A stretch of DNA of 64,000 nt from a bacterium (GTDB lineage Bacteria; UBA10199; 2-02-FULL-44-16; JAAZCA01). Position 1 is the first letter of the stretch, and each line of letters begins with the position of its first letter. Below are positions 17,713-27,146 of this stretch, piece by piece. Below the pieces are notes generated by a model that saw only the letters and a list, made by a program, of their open reading frames with translations, was not told the origin of the DNA and did no database searches. The translations under genes and the position numbers were made by a program. The stretch is taken from positions 1,897 through 65,896 of the forward strand of contig JAJZQH010000003.1 of NCBI GenBank assembly GCA_021810905.1, written 5' to 3'.

Positions 17713-19077
17713 CTATCTCTGCTTCGCGAACATCACCGGCACCTGTATGCCGCCGCCGCTCACGTTCACCTTGAAGCCGCGGTTGGTGGCGCGCGTGATG
17801 AATCCGCCCACGTTGAAGTTGGTGAAGCGCGCACCGTCCCAGTCGTAGTGGACGTAGACGCCGACGTCTGCAATCACGCGCCTGGGTCTGGAGAGAAAAC
17901 CTGCCACGTCAATCGTATTGAGATCGATGCGATCCTGGAGAACCCAGTACTTGTGATCTTTATGAAGTATGCGCGCGAGCCGCGCTGGAATTTTTTTCCC
18001 AACAAATACGTGCTCGCCTCCCATGCCATCAGCGTACTTGAGCACGAGCCTTGAAGGACGATGGAGCGCTTCTTCTTCGTTGCCTCTCAACAATCTCGCA
18101 GGAACGATCGTATCCGCGAGCCTCTCCGCGCGCGCCTCGCCTATGAGGCGCCTGAGAATATTTTTATCCTCGAGCACGGTGAGGATCGTCTTTGGCGCTA
18201 CGAGTCCAGTGATGAACGGACTGTAGTGAGGTGTCTCGGACCGCACGAGGTCGCGGAAGAATCCCGGGGCCTCTTTCAAATCTTTGAGTTCGAAGCTGTA
18301 CGAGAGCTGGAATGCATCCGGAGGCCTTGTATTTGCTCCGATCTGCAGCTTGCCATCCCTGAGACGGACGCATTCGCGCGAGAGGAGTTTGCAATCTTCA
18401 TCGAGCTTCACCTTGAAGGCGGATGGAGAGACGAGCCGCATGTCGAGTCCGATCGCGCGCGCCTTTTTAAGGATCACCTCCTCTTCCCAGTTGTACAGCT
18501 CGTACTGGAAGCGCACGAAACGCCTGCCGAGCCTTCGCATGTTGCGCACTTCGCTCGCGGCGGTATCGAGGCATATCACCTCGCGCCTAAGTATCGGAAA
18601 GAGCTTGAGGATCGTCTCTTGAATGAACGACGAGCGGCCGGTTCCGTCGAAGCCGATATCGTTCACCTCCATGAGCTTCGGCGGATTATCGGGACTGGGC
18701 TTTCCCACCACCGCCATATCGAATCGCAGGCTGCCGATGATGCGCCGCTTTCTGTGCTTGAGCACGCCGAGCTCGCGGATCATATACTCCGAGATAGGCG
18801 TTGGCGGCAGGAGTTCCCTGATCTCGTCGGAAGGCAGCGAGAGAATCCGCATGAGCGATTCGGTGATATCGCGACACGTGCGCCTTATGACCGGAAGATA
18901 CGACGCGGGAAGGATGCGCGGGAGCGCGGAACAATCGTGATCGTTGATGCCGATGAGCCCGGAATCCGCGAACTCGTTCCACAGCTCGGCCTTGAGAGCT
19001 CTGAGGTCGCGCTCCCTGAAGAGCCTCGCGAGCTTCGATGGAAGGGCCTCGTGAAAATGACGGTGTCTTGGAAACAT
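17713..19077 (-). CDS. Hypothetical protein, possibly circularly permuted ATP-grasp superfamily
   Basis: 454 aa. VLKYADGMGGEHVFVGKKI resembles the ATP-grasp glycine-rich loop. No other firm motif. Confidence 0.4.
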   Translation of the reverse strand: MFPRHRHFHEALPSKLARLFRERDLRALKAELWNEFADSGLIGINDHDCSALPRILPASYLPVIRRTCRDITESLMRILSLPSDEIRELLPPTPISEYMIRELGVLKHRKRRIIGSLRFDMAVVGKPSPDNPPKLMEVNDIGFDGTGRSSFIQETILKLFPILRREVICLDTAASEVRNMRRLGRRFVRFQYELYNWEEEVILKKARAIGLDMRLVSPSAFKVKLDEDCKLLSRECVRLRDGKLQIGANTRPPDAFQLSYSFELKDLKEAPGFFRDLVRSETPHYSPFITGLVAPKTILTVLEDKNILRRLIGEARAERLADTIVPARLLRGNEEEALHRPSRLVLKYADGMGGEHVFVGKKIPARLARILHKDHKYWVLQDRIDLNTIDVAGFLSRPRRVIADVGVYVHYDWDGARFTNFNVGGFITRATNRGFKVNVSGGGIQVPVMFAKQR

Positions 19078-19174
19078 GGTGCAACGTATATCTCAACGGC
19101 GGAAATTTTTCACGGATTATCATAATATCAAAACGGGGCGAGTCACCAAGGTCATCCGCCGAGCGATTGCCTCG

Positions 19175-21808
19175 CTACAGCAACTCTCTCAACACGGAAG
19201 CATATGGACCTTTCGCTATCTTTTCGAGGGCCGAATGCGAGAGCCGCCGGATCCTTTCTTTGCTCAAGCCGAGCATGCCTCCCACTTCCTCATGCGTATG
19301 ACCTGCGAGGTGGCATTGGAGCACTATGATTTTTTCCCTGTCGCTCAATCCCGATCCCTCAATCGCCATGTCGAGTTTCGTGATGGCATCGCTTCGAAGC
19401 GCGAGATGATCCGGCCCGACCTCTCCCAAATCGGTCACCCGGCCTTCCAACGTGAAATCACCATCTTCTTCGTCCAGCGGCGCAGAGAAGGAGACTTCCC
19501 GCCTTGCTGCCGCTCCCCGCTGTATCATCATTTTAAAGAGCGTCAACGAGAGCGAACGCTTGACATAGGTCTCAAAACTCGCGATCGAGGGATCATAGCG
19601 TTGCGCCAGCTTGTGGAGCTCAATCCTTCCTGCCTGGAGAAGCGCCCCAAAGCTCATGTTCGCCCCGCCAAACCTTGTCATCACGGAAGAAGCAATGCCC
19701 GCCATCAACGGCTCATAAAAAAAGATCAGGTGATCGAGTGCCTGCCGGTCGCCGGACTTGGCCATCCAGAGGAGAAGCATCTTCTCACGCTGATCCAGAA
19801 ATATTCCGCCGCCGCTCCTTCGCTTTGTCGTTATCGTCGAATAGACGTCCATCCCATAGTGCGAAAACGCCCAATCGATCATCCGCCCTTCACTTTCTGA
19901 ACCGCGCCACAGATTGCGGAGATAACCATAGAGGCCCATCAATCCCGAGTTCCTCTCTCCAACATGCGAGCGAAAATCTCCCTGCACGATGCCAGCTGCA
20001 TCCTTTGCGCCCGCTTCGCACATCATTCCAGCGAGATAAAAAGCAATGACCGAATCAGGCACGCGGCGCCAGCCCGAGAGCTTCCCGCCTCTCCGCTCAG
20101 CCAGACGAAGCTGCAGCGCAAATGGCATTTCTTCGGCTGCGGATACACCACAATAATCCAGGATTTTATCGACTACCACTCTCGAATCGTCAGGTGTCTT
20201 CCTCAGACTAAAATGCGTGTAGAGACCTTTCAGCGATTGACCGATCTCCGGGACGACCGTACTCTCCATCTCGCGACAGGAAACAAACCTAACGTGAGGC
20301 AGGCCATTGAGTTCCTGCACCCTCTCCATAAGGCGCAGAATCGTCGCGAGGGGAACCTTCTCCCACGGCCAATTCCTGTTATATCGCAAACAGAGGCACT
20401 GTTGTTCGTAGGAAAGATCTTCAAACCTCTCAACTCCGAGTTGATCGAGCATGAAATCCAGCGCAGAACCTCCGTAGCCTTCCGGAACCCTGAGCCAATA
20501 ATGTTCAAGCAAGCCTGAGAGCGTCGCGCCGAGCTCATCGAGCACGATCTCATTCAGTTTCTTACCTGGCATCGCCCTCAGATGCGGACATTTCAAACCG
20601 TTCTGCTCGGGTAAGAGTCCTCTGGCTATCTCCAGCAGTTTCACCTGCGTGGAAGCAGGCATTCTTTCCCATTTTATGAGTTCGCACTCTAGAAGACCCT
20701 TCAGCTGCACATCCCAGGGAAGGATCTCAAATGACGGAACGCCCACATCATCAAGCAGTGCATCGATTATTCTGCGGGCCTCTTTTCCCCGGTTGAGATA
20801 ATTATTATACAGTCCAATCAGTGTAGAACTGAGTTCTGGCATTTCGATGTCCCTGAAGTGGTCGAAAGTCAAAAACCTCGGATGCACAACGCCAGCCTCA
20901 TTCGCCAAGCGAAAAAGCAGATGTCGCTTAAGCTCCACGCTAATTTTATCCCAGTGGATACGCTGATAACGCAGCCCGATGAATCTCGCCTGTTCCGCCA
21001 GAGACAATTCCTCAAACCTCTGCACTCCTAAATGATCGAGCATGAAATCCACGATCCCGCCTGCACCGTGTTCGTCCGTCCACATCCGAGAATAATGTTT
21101 GTAAAGCCCTTGGCACTGCGCTTTCCATCCCGGCAACCTCATTTTGAAATGATCGAATCCCAGCAGGCGAGGATGTGGCAGGTTTTGAACCAGCGCCATC
21201 TGCTCGAGTATTCTGACCTGTGCACTGAGAGAGAGATGAGAGACATTCTTAAAGGGAGCGGAATCAACCCGCAACCGGTCGATCTCTGCCTGAATGCGCA
21301 ACTCCTCCATGGGATGATACGTGTATCGAAAGGAGCCGAGTCCGCGGGTCCCGAATTTCAGGCAGATATCAGCTATGGAGACGCTTGCCCCCTCGATCAG
21401 CGCGAGCGCCGATGCGACGAGCATCTTTGCGGGTTCGAAAGAGAGTATTCCCAGGATATGGGCGTCATGCGCGATAATGATCGCGTGAGAGGGAGAGTCA
21501 AAGCCGTGGAGTTTGAGCGCATCGCGCGTCATCGGGCTGCTCTCGTCGACAAAACGCATTGCTTGCCGATCGAGCGCCCTCCGGATCTCGGCCGGCGTCT
21601 GCCGGTGTGATCCATCTCGCTCCCCGTATTCATCCGCGGACGACGGCGTTGCAGAGTGCTCTTCGGTGTCAACGCCGCAGGATTCAAGCTCCTGGGATTC
21701 GGCGCAGGGCGGTATCTCGTCGAGGGCAGCTGTCTCTTCAGCAAGGACTAAGCTCCCCAACAGCTCCAGCTGCGAAGCGAGGTCTCCTGTAGATTGCAGC
21801 GCGGCCAT
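19175..21808 (-). CDS. Sigma-70 family factor (regions 2 and 4) fused to ~690-aa N-terminal extension with five tandem ~100-aa repeats
   Basis: C-terminus: region 2-like DHLIFFYEPLMAGIASSVMTRFGG...ALLQAGRIELHKLAQRYDPSIASFETYVKRSL and region 4 HTH LSDREKIIVLQCHLAGHTHEEVGGMLGLSKERIRRL. N-terminal repeats recur with core (I/A)(V/L)DFMLDxLGVxRFE(E/D)LS. Confidence 0.6.
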   Translation of the reverse strand: MAALQSTGDLASQLELLGSLVLAEETAALDEIPPCAESQELESCGVDTEEHSATPSSADEYGERDGSHRQTPAEIRRALDRQAMRFVDESSPMTRDALKLHGFDSPSHAIIIAHDAHILGILSFEPAKMLVASALALIEGASVSIADICLKFGTRGLGSFRYTYHPMEELRIQAEIDRLRVDSAPFKNVSHLSLSAQVRILEQMALVQNLPHPRLLGFDHFKMRLPGWKAQCQGLYKHYSRMWTDEHGAGGIVDFMLDHLGVQRFEELSLAEQARFIGLRYQRIHWDKISVELKRHLLFRLANEAGVVHPRFLTFDHFRDIEMPELSSTLIGLYNNYLNRGKEARRIIDALLDDVGVPSFEILPWDVQLKGLLECELIKWERMPASTQVKLLEIARGLLPEQNGLKCPHLRAMPGKKLNEIVLDELGATLSGLLEHYWLRVPEGYGGSALDFMLDQLGVERFEDLSYEQQCLCLRYNRNWPWEKVPLATILRLMERVQELNGLPHVRFVSCREMESTVVPEIGQSLKGLYTHFSLRKTPDDSRVVVDKILDYCGVSAAEEMPFALQLRLAERRGGKLSGWRRVPDSVIAFYLAGMMCEAGAKDAAGIVQGDFRSHVGERNSGLMGLYGYLRNLWRGSESEGRMIDWAFSHYGMDVYSTITTKRRSGGGIFLDQREKMLLLWMAKSGDRQALDHLIFFYEPLMAGIASSVMTRFGGANMSFGALLQAGRIELHKLAQRYDPSIASFETYVKRSLSLTLFKMMIQRGAAARREVSFSAPLDEEDGDFTLEGRVTDLGEVGPDHLALRSDAITKLDMAIEGSGLSDREKIIVLQCHLAGHTHEEVGGMLGLSKERIRRLSHSALEKIAKGPYASVLRELL

Positions 21809-21882
21809 GCCTCCCCTTATACGACGCCGCGGAGATATTCAACTACCCATTAAAAATTTCCCGTGCGACCGGTAGGAATTTT

Positions 21883-23010
21883 TCACGGATTATCGGAGCG
21901 CCGTCGTCGGAAATCCTCGAGAAATTCCGCTAGAGGCATTTTGAATTCGCCTGATCCGCCGTTCGCCATCGAGTTCCGCCACATCAATCCAGCAAGGCGC
22001 TGCTGAACGCCCTCGTCCTCTATGACGAGCGCTTCCAGGAGCAGGTTGCGACCGCCTTGCGCGCAGTTCGAGAGAATGAATAAGAGCGGGGCATCATTGC
22101 GCATTTCAAGACGTTCCCGCATCTTTCGCAGATTTGCGAGCAGCGAATTGAAAACCTTCACCGCATTCTTGTTGCCGATGAAGACAATATCGCGGTTCAT
22201 CAAACCGCCCAATCCAGGGGTTTCGCCGGTTTTCAGCCAAAGCTCAAGAGAGCAGCGAAAGCCGTGCTCCCCATAGACCGTCGCAAATCCGGGTCGCAGC
22301 TCAAAGCCCGCGTACCTCATCATCTCGAAGAGCGCTACGTGGAACCCTGGTCTCCACGTATCGTCATCAAAGACGATGAGCATGGAACCGCCTTCCGAGA
22401 TCCGCCTTTCGCATCCGCACAGGAGCTCATGCATCCTGGTGAGGTACATACGATCGAATGTGTGCAGGGGATCCATCTCCCAGTCCATCGCCTCAGGGTG
22501 TACCCACGTCACCAGATCAAAGGTCTCAAGAGAGTCGCCATCATCCGCAAGGCCCTCAATAAATCCGGATTGCACCATCCCACATCCGTCTCCGGCACGG
22601 ACCTGATGAATCTTTCCCTCAGGATCGTCCCCAAGAGCGCACTGAAACTCTTTGAGATTGATCCTGGCGCCCTCCAATTTCCAACTCAAGACATCAAATC
22701 CGATAGTCTTCACGAGACCCGGAAGCGCCAGTCTCATCCCCAAATTCTCGTACCATTTCCCCGCGCCGACCGAAAGTACGGTGCGCGCCTCACACTTCTT
22801 TCCGACTTCCTGATAGAGGAGTATTTGCGCGGTATCGTAATACAATCTTGGGACGAGTTCGTCGGCGCCTCCGCCATTATAGAAATGTTGATAGAGCCTC
22901 AGCAGATCATACCGCTGCGCAGCGACAAGCTGTTCGACCGAGAAGTGATCTCTGCTTGCAGACAGTGCCCGCGGCACTGAGTCCCTCAACTCGATATTTT
23001 TTTGAATCCA
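21883..23010 (-). CDS. Hypothetical protein (start uncertain; track ORF reads through an upstream MITE copy to 23403)
   Basis: Track ORF 21883..23403 includes in-frame translation of the repeat element (ENECSPRQAAGYHRQH...). Likely true start is a GTG/TTG just downstream of the element. Weak Rossmann-like VLSVGAGKW. Confidence 0.4.
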   Translation of the reverse strand, partial: WIQKNIELRDSVPRALSASRDHFSVEQLVAAQRYDLLRLYQHFYNGGGADELVPRLYYDTAQILLYQEVGKKCEARTVLSVGAGKWYENLGMRLALPGLVKTIGFDVLSWKLEGARINLKEFQCALGDDPEGKIHQVRAGDGCGMVQSGFIEGLADDGDSLETFDLVTWVHPEAMDWEMDPLHTFDRMYLTRMHELLCGCERRISEGGSMLIVFDDDTWRPGFHVALFEMMRYAGFELRPGFATVYGEHGFRCSLELWLKTGETPGLGGLMNRDIVFIGNKNAVKVFNSLLANLRKMRERLEMRNDAPLLFILSNCAQGGRNLLLEALVIEDEGVQQRLAGLMWRNSMANGGSGEFKMPLAEFLEDFRRRRSDNP

Positions 23011-23031
23011 TTGCGGGAGTTCAATGAGATG

Positions 23032-23152
23032 GTTCCCCGCAGCTTGCTGCGGGGTTTCCGCCACCATCTCCCTTGAGGGGAGAGGGAAGGGTGAGGGTGA
23101 TCGTCGATGTTGCCGGTGATACCCCGCGGCTTGCCGCGGGGAGCATTCATTT
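23032..23152 (-). repeat. MITE-like ~130-bp repeat element, inverted copy
   Basis: Reverse complement of the element at 46753..46900, 52425..52554 and 55829..55958. Hairpins CCCCGCAGCTTGCTGCGGGG, CTCCCTTGAGGGGAGAG, CCCCGCGGCTTGCCGCGGGG. Confidence 0.75.
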
Positions 23153-23485
23153 TCCGGAGCCGACTGTTCGCGATCGCGCGTGACTGGCAGTCGCGGAGTA
23201 ACCGGCCCAGGCGCGCCACGATATTGATCGCCAACCGCCACATATTCCGACGCCACGTCATTCAGGCATATACCCTGACGGGAATCGGGCAGCGGTATAA
23301 TATCATCGTCGCAGACCACGAACACTTCCTCTGCACCGGATTCCTCTGCAGGCAGCCCGTCTGCCGCGGCCATTACATCGAGATTTAACGGTTTTACGGT
23401 CATATATCTCCTGCCCTGACGACATGGACGTTATCGCAGAATTCCTGAAAAAGTTGCTCGATATTCGCACCCAAATCCGACACTT

Positions 23486-23625
23486 GAATTATCACTCAAA
23501 TCCTCCCTCCCTTGATGGGAGGGAGTTTGAGGGAGGGTGACCATGAAGACTTTCGTCACCCAAGGAATGAGTACCACCCTCTCCCTAACCCTCTCCCATC
23601 AAGGGAGAGGGAATTTTTTGTGTCG
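23486..23625. repeat. Degenerate/variant copy of the stem-loop repeat family
   Basis: Two hairpins CTCCCTCCCTTGATGGGAGGGAG and CCCTCTCCCATCAAGGGAGAGGG, related to the central CTCCCCTCAAGGGAGAG hairpin of the main element. Confidence 0.5.
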
Positions 23626-23695
23626 GATTTCAGCGCAAAAAAACCCGCAACTTCTTCCCGGCTGCAGCCGATACACGCCGTAATCGAGGAATTCA

Positions 23696-25210
23696 ATGAG
23701 CACTACATTCACTCCAGGTATCGGCGGTTTTCCCGGCGTGATTTCGCCGCAGGAAGGCGTGGATAGCGTCATCCTAACCTCTACGGGCGATTATGACTTC
23801 GCCTGCGAACGCCCGGCGGAGGATGCTGCCGGCGGAAATCTCGGACTCATCGCCATCGACCACGCGCTCGAAGATGCCGGATTTGATCCGGAAAAGATCA
23901 GCACCATCTATCGCGGGAAAAAACGCAGGCCTCATCTCGATACTGAACGTACGCGGATCGTGGAAGGAATGCGCGCATTGGGCGCCGGAGAAAAAGGCGC
24001 GGTCATAGGCATCTCCACCACGACCGACGAATATTTCAGATTTGCCCCGCTCGCAAAACTCCTCAGAATGGCGTTTCCGGACGCCACCCTCATCGCGGGC
24101 GGGGCGCACTTCGTGCGCGAGCGCATCGGCGGATTCGCGGACCCGGTAGAGACTGCGCTCATGATGGGGCTGGTTGACGCCGTTGTGGTGGGACACGCGC
24201 AGCCGTTCGTAGACCTGGTCGTCAAGCACGGAGGCAGAATCGAAGAGGTCGATGCGCCTGGCTTCTATCGGCTCGATCCTGTTTCAAAGCGCGTCACGGG
24301 TCGCGGCAAGGGGAAATTTCCCGACCTGAACAAACTCACTCTTCTCTACGATCCGGTGTCGATGGGCATCCGCACGATGCTCGCCGACGGCTGCAGAAAC
24401 GGCTGCAATTTCTGCACGGTGGCGGGCAGGCCGGTCGCGCTCTTCGATCCCGAGATCGTCGTCAGGGACTTAAGCGCCGCACTACTTGAGCATCAGGACT
24501 TTCGCATCTCGCTCTATGATTCCAATCCGCTCGAACCCGCGCTTCGGAATTTCTATCGCAGCGTCTTTCTGGCGCTTGATGAAACAAACCAGTCCCGAAA
24601 ATTCGCCTATATCGATCCTGCCACGCTGGCCCACGATTTTCTGGAATCTCTGAACACCATATCGTTCGGCACGATCTGGTCCTTCAACGCGGGCCGCGAC
24701 GCGGTAACCGAGAAGCAGGCACGCGCGATCGGCACGAGGTATAAAGGAAAATATAAGGACCAGCGGATGCTCGACGCGGAGAAGAAGGCGCTGATCGAAT
24801 TCATCGATGCCATGAAGATGCTGAAAAAGCTCTATCCCGAAGAGCCGCCGTTCGGCCTGATGCTCTCCTATATCGTGACGCCGTTTGAAACCAGGCAGTC
24901 GGCGATGGCGATGTACGAAGAGATGCGCGAGTTCCTGGCGCTGGCCGACAAATCGATCGTGTTCCGCTTCGCCGTGCATGCCCTCAGGCCCTATCCGGGA
25001 ACGACCCTCAGAAATAAATATTCGAGTGTCATCGACATGGAAGAATTCAATTTCCGCCTCGACCTGGGCGACAGGATCTCGCCGTGGAAGAAGGGCGCGG
25101 CCCCAGCCCTCGCCTTTCATCGTGCAGTGACGATGATTCCCCCGGTCAACGATCAGACAGACTACCTCAAGGCCTTCAAGCGCGCCATTAACACTCATCT
25201 TCCCCGGTGA
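23696..25210 (+). CDS. Radical SAM-like protein with N-terminal B12-binding-like domain (paralog of 31766..33244)
   Basis: 504 aa. CxxxCxxC in MLADGCRNGCNFCTVAG. Conserved blocks shared with paralog: SVILTSTGDYDF, LIAGGAHFVRERIGGFADPVETAL, HAQPFVDLVVKHGGR. Confidence 0.6.
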   Translation: MSTTFTPGIGGFPGVISPQEGVDSVILTSTGDYDFACERPAEDAAGGNLGLIAIDHALEDAGFDPEKISTIYRGKKRRPHLDTERTRIVEGMRALGAGEKGAVIGISTTTDEYFRFAPLAKLLRMAFPDATLIAGGAHFVRERIGGFADPVETALMMGLVDAVVVGHAQPFVDLVVKHGGRIEEVDAPGFYRLDPVSKRVTGRGKGKFPDLNKLTLLYDPVSMGIRTMLADGCRNGCNFCTVAGRPVALFDPEIVVRDLSAALLEHQDFRISLYDSNPLEPALRNFYRSVFLALDETNQSRKFAYIDPATLAHDFLESLNTISFGTIWSFNAGRDAVTEKQARAIGTRYKGKYKDQRMLDAEKKALIEFIDAMKMLKKLYPEEPPFGLMLSYIVTPFETRQSAMAMYEEMREFLALADKSIVFRFAVHALRPYPGTTLRNKYSSVIDMEEFNFRLDLGDRISPWKKGAAPALAFHRAVTMIPPVNDQTDYLKAFKRAINTHLPR

Positions 25211-25408
25211 TCGGAAGATCGCTTTCTTCGATAAAGACGCACTCGCAGAGCTCCTTAAATAATTCGACTTGAATTCATTATCAGGGAGTCTAGAATCCGC
25301 CCCATTCATAACCTTTCCCGATTGTTCTCAGCTTAAACGGTTGAACTATGTATGGGCATTCAGGCGTCCAATTGTACGGGTACATGTGGCGAGAGGAGTT
25401 AACGAATC

Positions 25409-27145
25409 ATGCAGAATGCGGGCATATTCTTTGACGTCGCAGAGATCGCATCGTTTCTTGTCATCCTCACCTTACTTGTGAAGCCGCTGGGCGTCTACAT
25501 GGCGCGGGTCTTTGAGGGCGAGAAGGTCCTGCTGAGCCCCGTGATTTCCCCGATAGAGCGGCTCATCTGCCGCATCGCCGGCATCCGACGCGACGACGAG
25601 ATGGACTGGAAGCAATACGCGCTCTCCATGCTCGTCTTCAATGCATTGGGAATCGCCGTGTTACTTGCGATCCTTCTCCTGCAGGGGATGTTACCGCTGA
25701 ACCCGCAGCACCTCCCCGCGTTTTCCTGGGACCTTGCGATCAACACGGCCGTGAGCTTTGTCTCCAATACGAACTGGCAGGCCTACGGCGGCGAATCCGC
25801 CGCGAGTTACGCCACGCAGATGGCGGGCCTCACCGTGCAGAACTTCCTCTCCGCCTCAACCGGCATCGCGGTCGCAATCGCGCTCATCCGCGGGTTCGCG
25901 CGGAGATCGGCGCAGACGATCGGCAACTTCTGGCTCGATATCACAAGATGCGCGCTCTACGTCCTCCTTCCGCTGGCATTCGTATTTTCTATATTTCTCG
26001 TATCGCAAGGCGTGATCCAGAACTTCAGTCAGCCCGTGAAGGCGTCGCTCGTGGAGCAGTATCACTCATCGGAGGAAAAGGTAGTTTCCGAACAGATCAT
26101 CCCGATGGGACCCGTGGCGTCTCAGGAAGCGATCAAGATGCTTGGCACAAACGGCGGCGGTTACTTCAACGCCAACTCCGCGCACCCGTTCGAGAATCCC
26201 ACCCCGCTGACGAATTTTTTTGAAATCCTCATGATGGCGCTCATCGCCGCATCCCTCACCGCTACGTTCGGATACATGGTGGGCGACTCAAAGCAGGGCT
26301 GGGCCATCTATACTGCGATGATGATCATCTTCATCGCCGCGATCGGCATACTCTACTGGGCCGAGGCGAGCGGCAATCCCATACTGCACGGTCTTGGCGC
26401 CTACGGACCGTCGATGGAGGGAAAAGAGGTGCGCATGGGCCTCGGAGGCACAACCCTCTTCAGCGCGACGACCACCGCGGAATCTTGCGGCGCTGTAAAC
26501 GCCATGCACGATTCGCTCACGCCCGTCGGCGGCATGGTCTCGATGACGCTCATGCTCCTGGGAGAGGTGGTGCTGGGCGGCGTCGGCTCCGGCCTCTATA
26601 CCATGCTCGCATTTGCGATCACCGCGGTATTCATAGCAGGTCTCATGATCGGCAGGACGCCGGAGTATCTGGGCAAGAAGATCGAGGTCTTTGAGATCTG
26701 GTCGTCCATGACCACGATCCTCTCCGCGGGAATAGTTGTACTCGTCACCGTGGCTATTGCGCTGAGCACCGAGGCAGGGCTCTCCTCTATCATGAATCCC
26801 GGCGCGCACGGGCTCTCCGAAATCCTCTATGCTTACGCGTCGGCTGCGAATAACAACGGGAGCGCATTCGCCGGGCTCAACGCCAACACAGTCTTCTACA
26901 ATCTGACGACCGCCGCGGCTATGCTCGTGGGGAGGTTCGTACCGGCGGTTGCGGTGCTTGCGCTGTCCGGGTCGCTCGTGAAGAAGAAATACATCCCTCC
27001 GAGCGCCGGCACGCTGCCCACGCACCAGACGGCCTTCGTACTCTGGCTCGTGATCGTGGTGATGATCGTGGGCGCGCTCACGTACTTTCCCGCGTTGTCG
27101 CTGGGTCCGATCATCGAACATATAATAATGAATGGAGTCCGGTGA
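25409..27145 (+). CDS. kdpA: Potassium-transporting ATPase subunit A
   Basis: 578 aa polytopic membrane protein with KdpA-typical N-terminus and selectivity-filter-like TNGGG segments. Immediately upstream of kdpB. Confidence 0.9.
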   Translation: MQNAGIFFDVAEIASFLVILTLLVKPLGVYMARVFEGEKVLLSPVISPIERLICRIAGIRRDDEMDWKQYALSMLVFNALGIAVLLAILLLQGMLPLNPQHLPAFSWDLAINTAVSFVSNTNWQAYGGESAASYATQMAGLTVQNFLSASTGIAVAIALIRGFARRSAQTIGNFWLDITRCALYVLLPLAFVFSIFLVSQGVIQNFSQPVKASLVEQYHSSEEKVVSEQIIPMGPVASQEAIKMLGTNGGGYFNANSAHPFENPTPLTNFFEILMMALIAASLTATFGYMVGDSKQGWAIYTAMMIIFIAAIGILYWAEASGNPILHGLGAYGPSMEGKEVRMGLGGTTLFSATTTAESCGAVNAMHDSLTPVGGMVSMTLMLLGEVVLGGVGSGLYTMLAFAITAVFIAGLMIGRTPEYLGKKIEVFEIWSSMTTILSAGIVVLVTVAIALSTEAGLSSIMNPGAHGLSEILYAYASAANNNGSAFAGLNANTVFYNLTTAAAMLVGRFVPAVAVLALSGSLVKKKYIPPSAGTLPTHQTAFVLWLVIVVMIVGALTYFPALSLGPIIEHIIMNGVR

Positions 27146-27146
27146 C

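Noticed and set aside
19076-21610. + strand ORFs 19076..19900, 19964..20518, 21032..21610
   Set aside because: Antisense to the 877-aa sigma-fusion gene. No motifs, biased composition.
25341-25397. 18-codon ORF upstream of kdpA considered as kdpF
   Set aside because: Not hydrophobic (MYGHSGVQLYGYMWREEL), unlike the KdpF membrane peptide.
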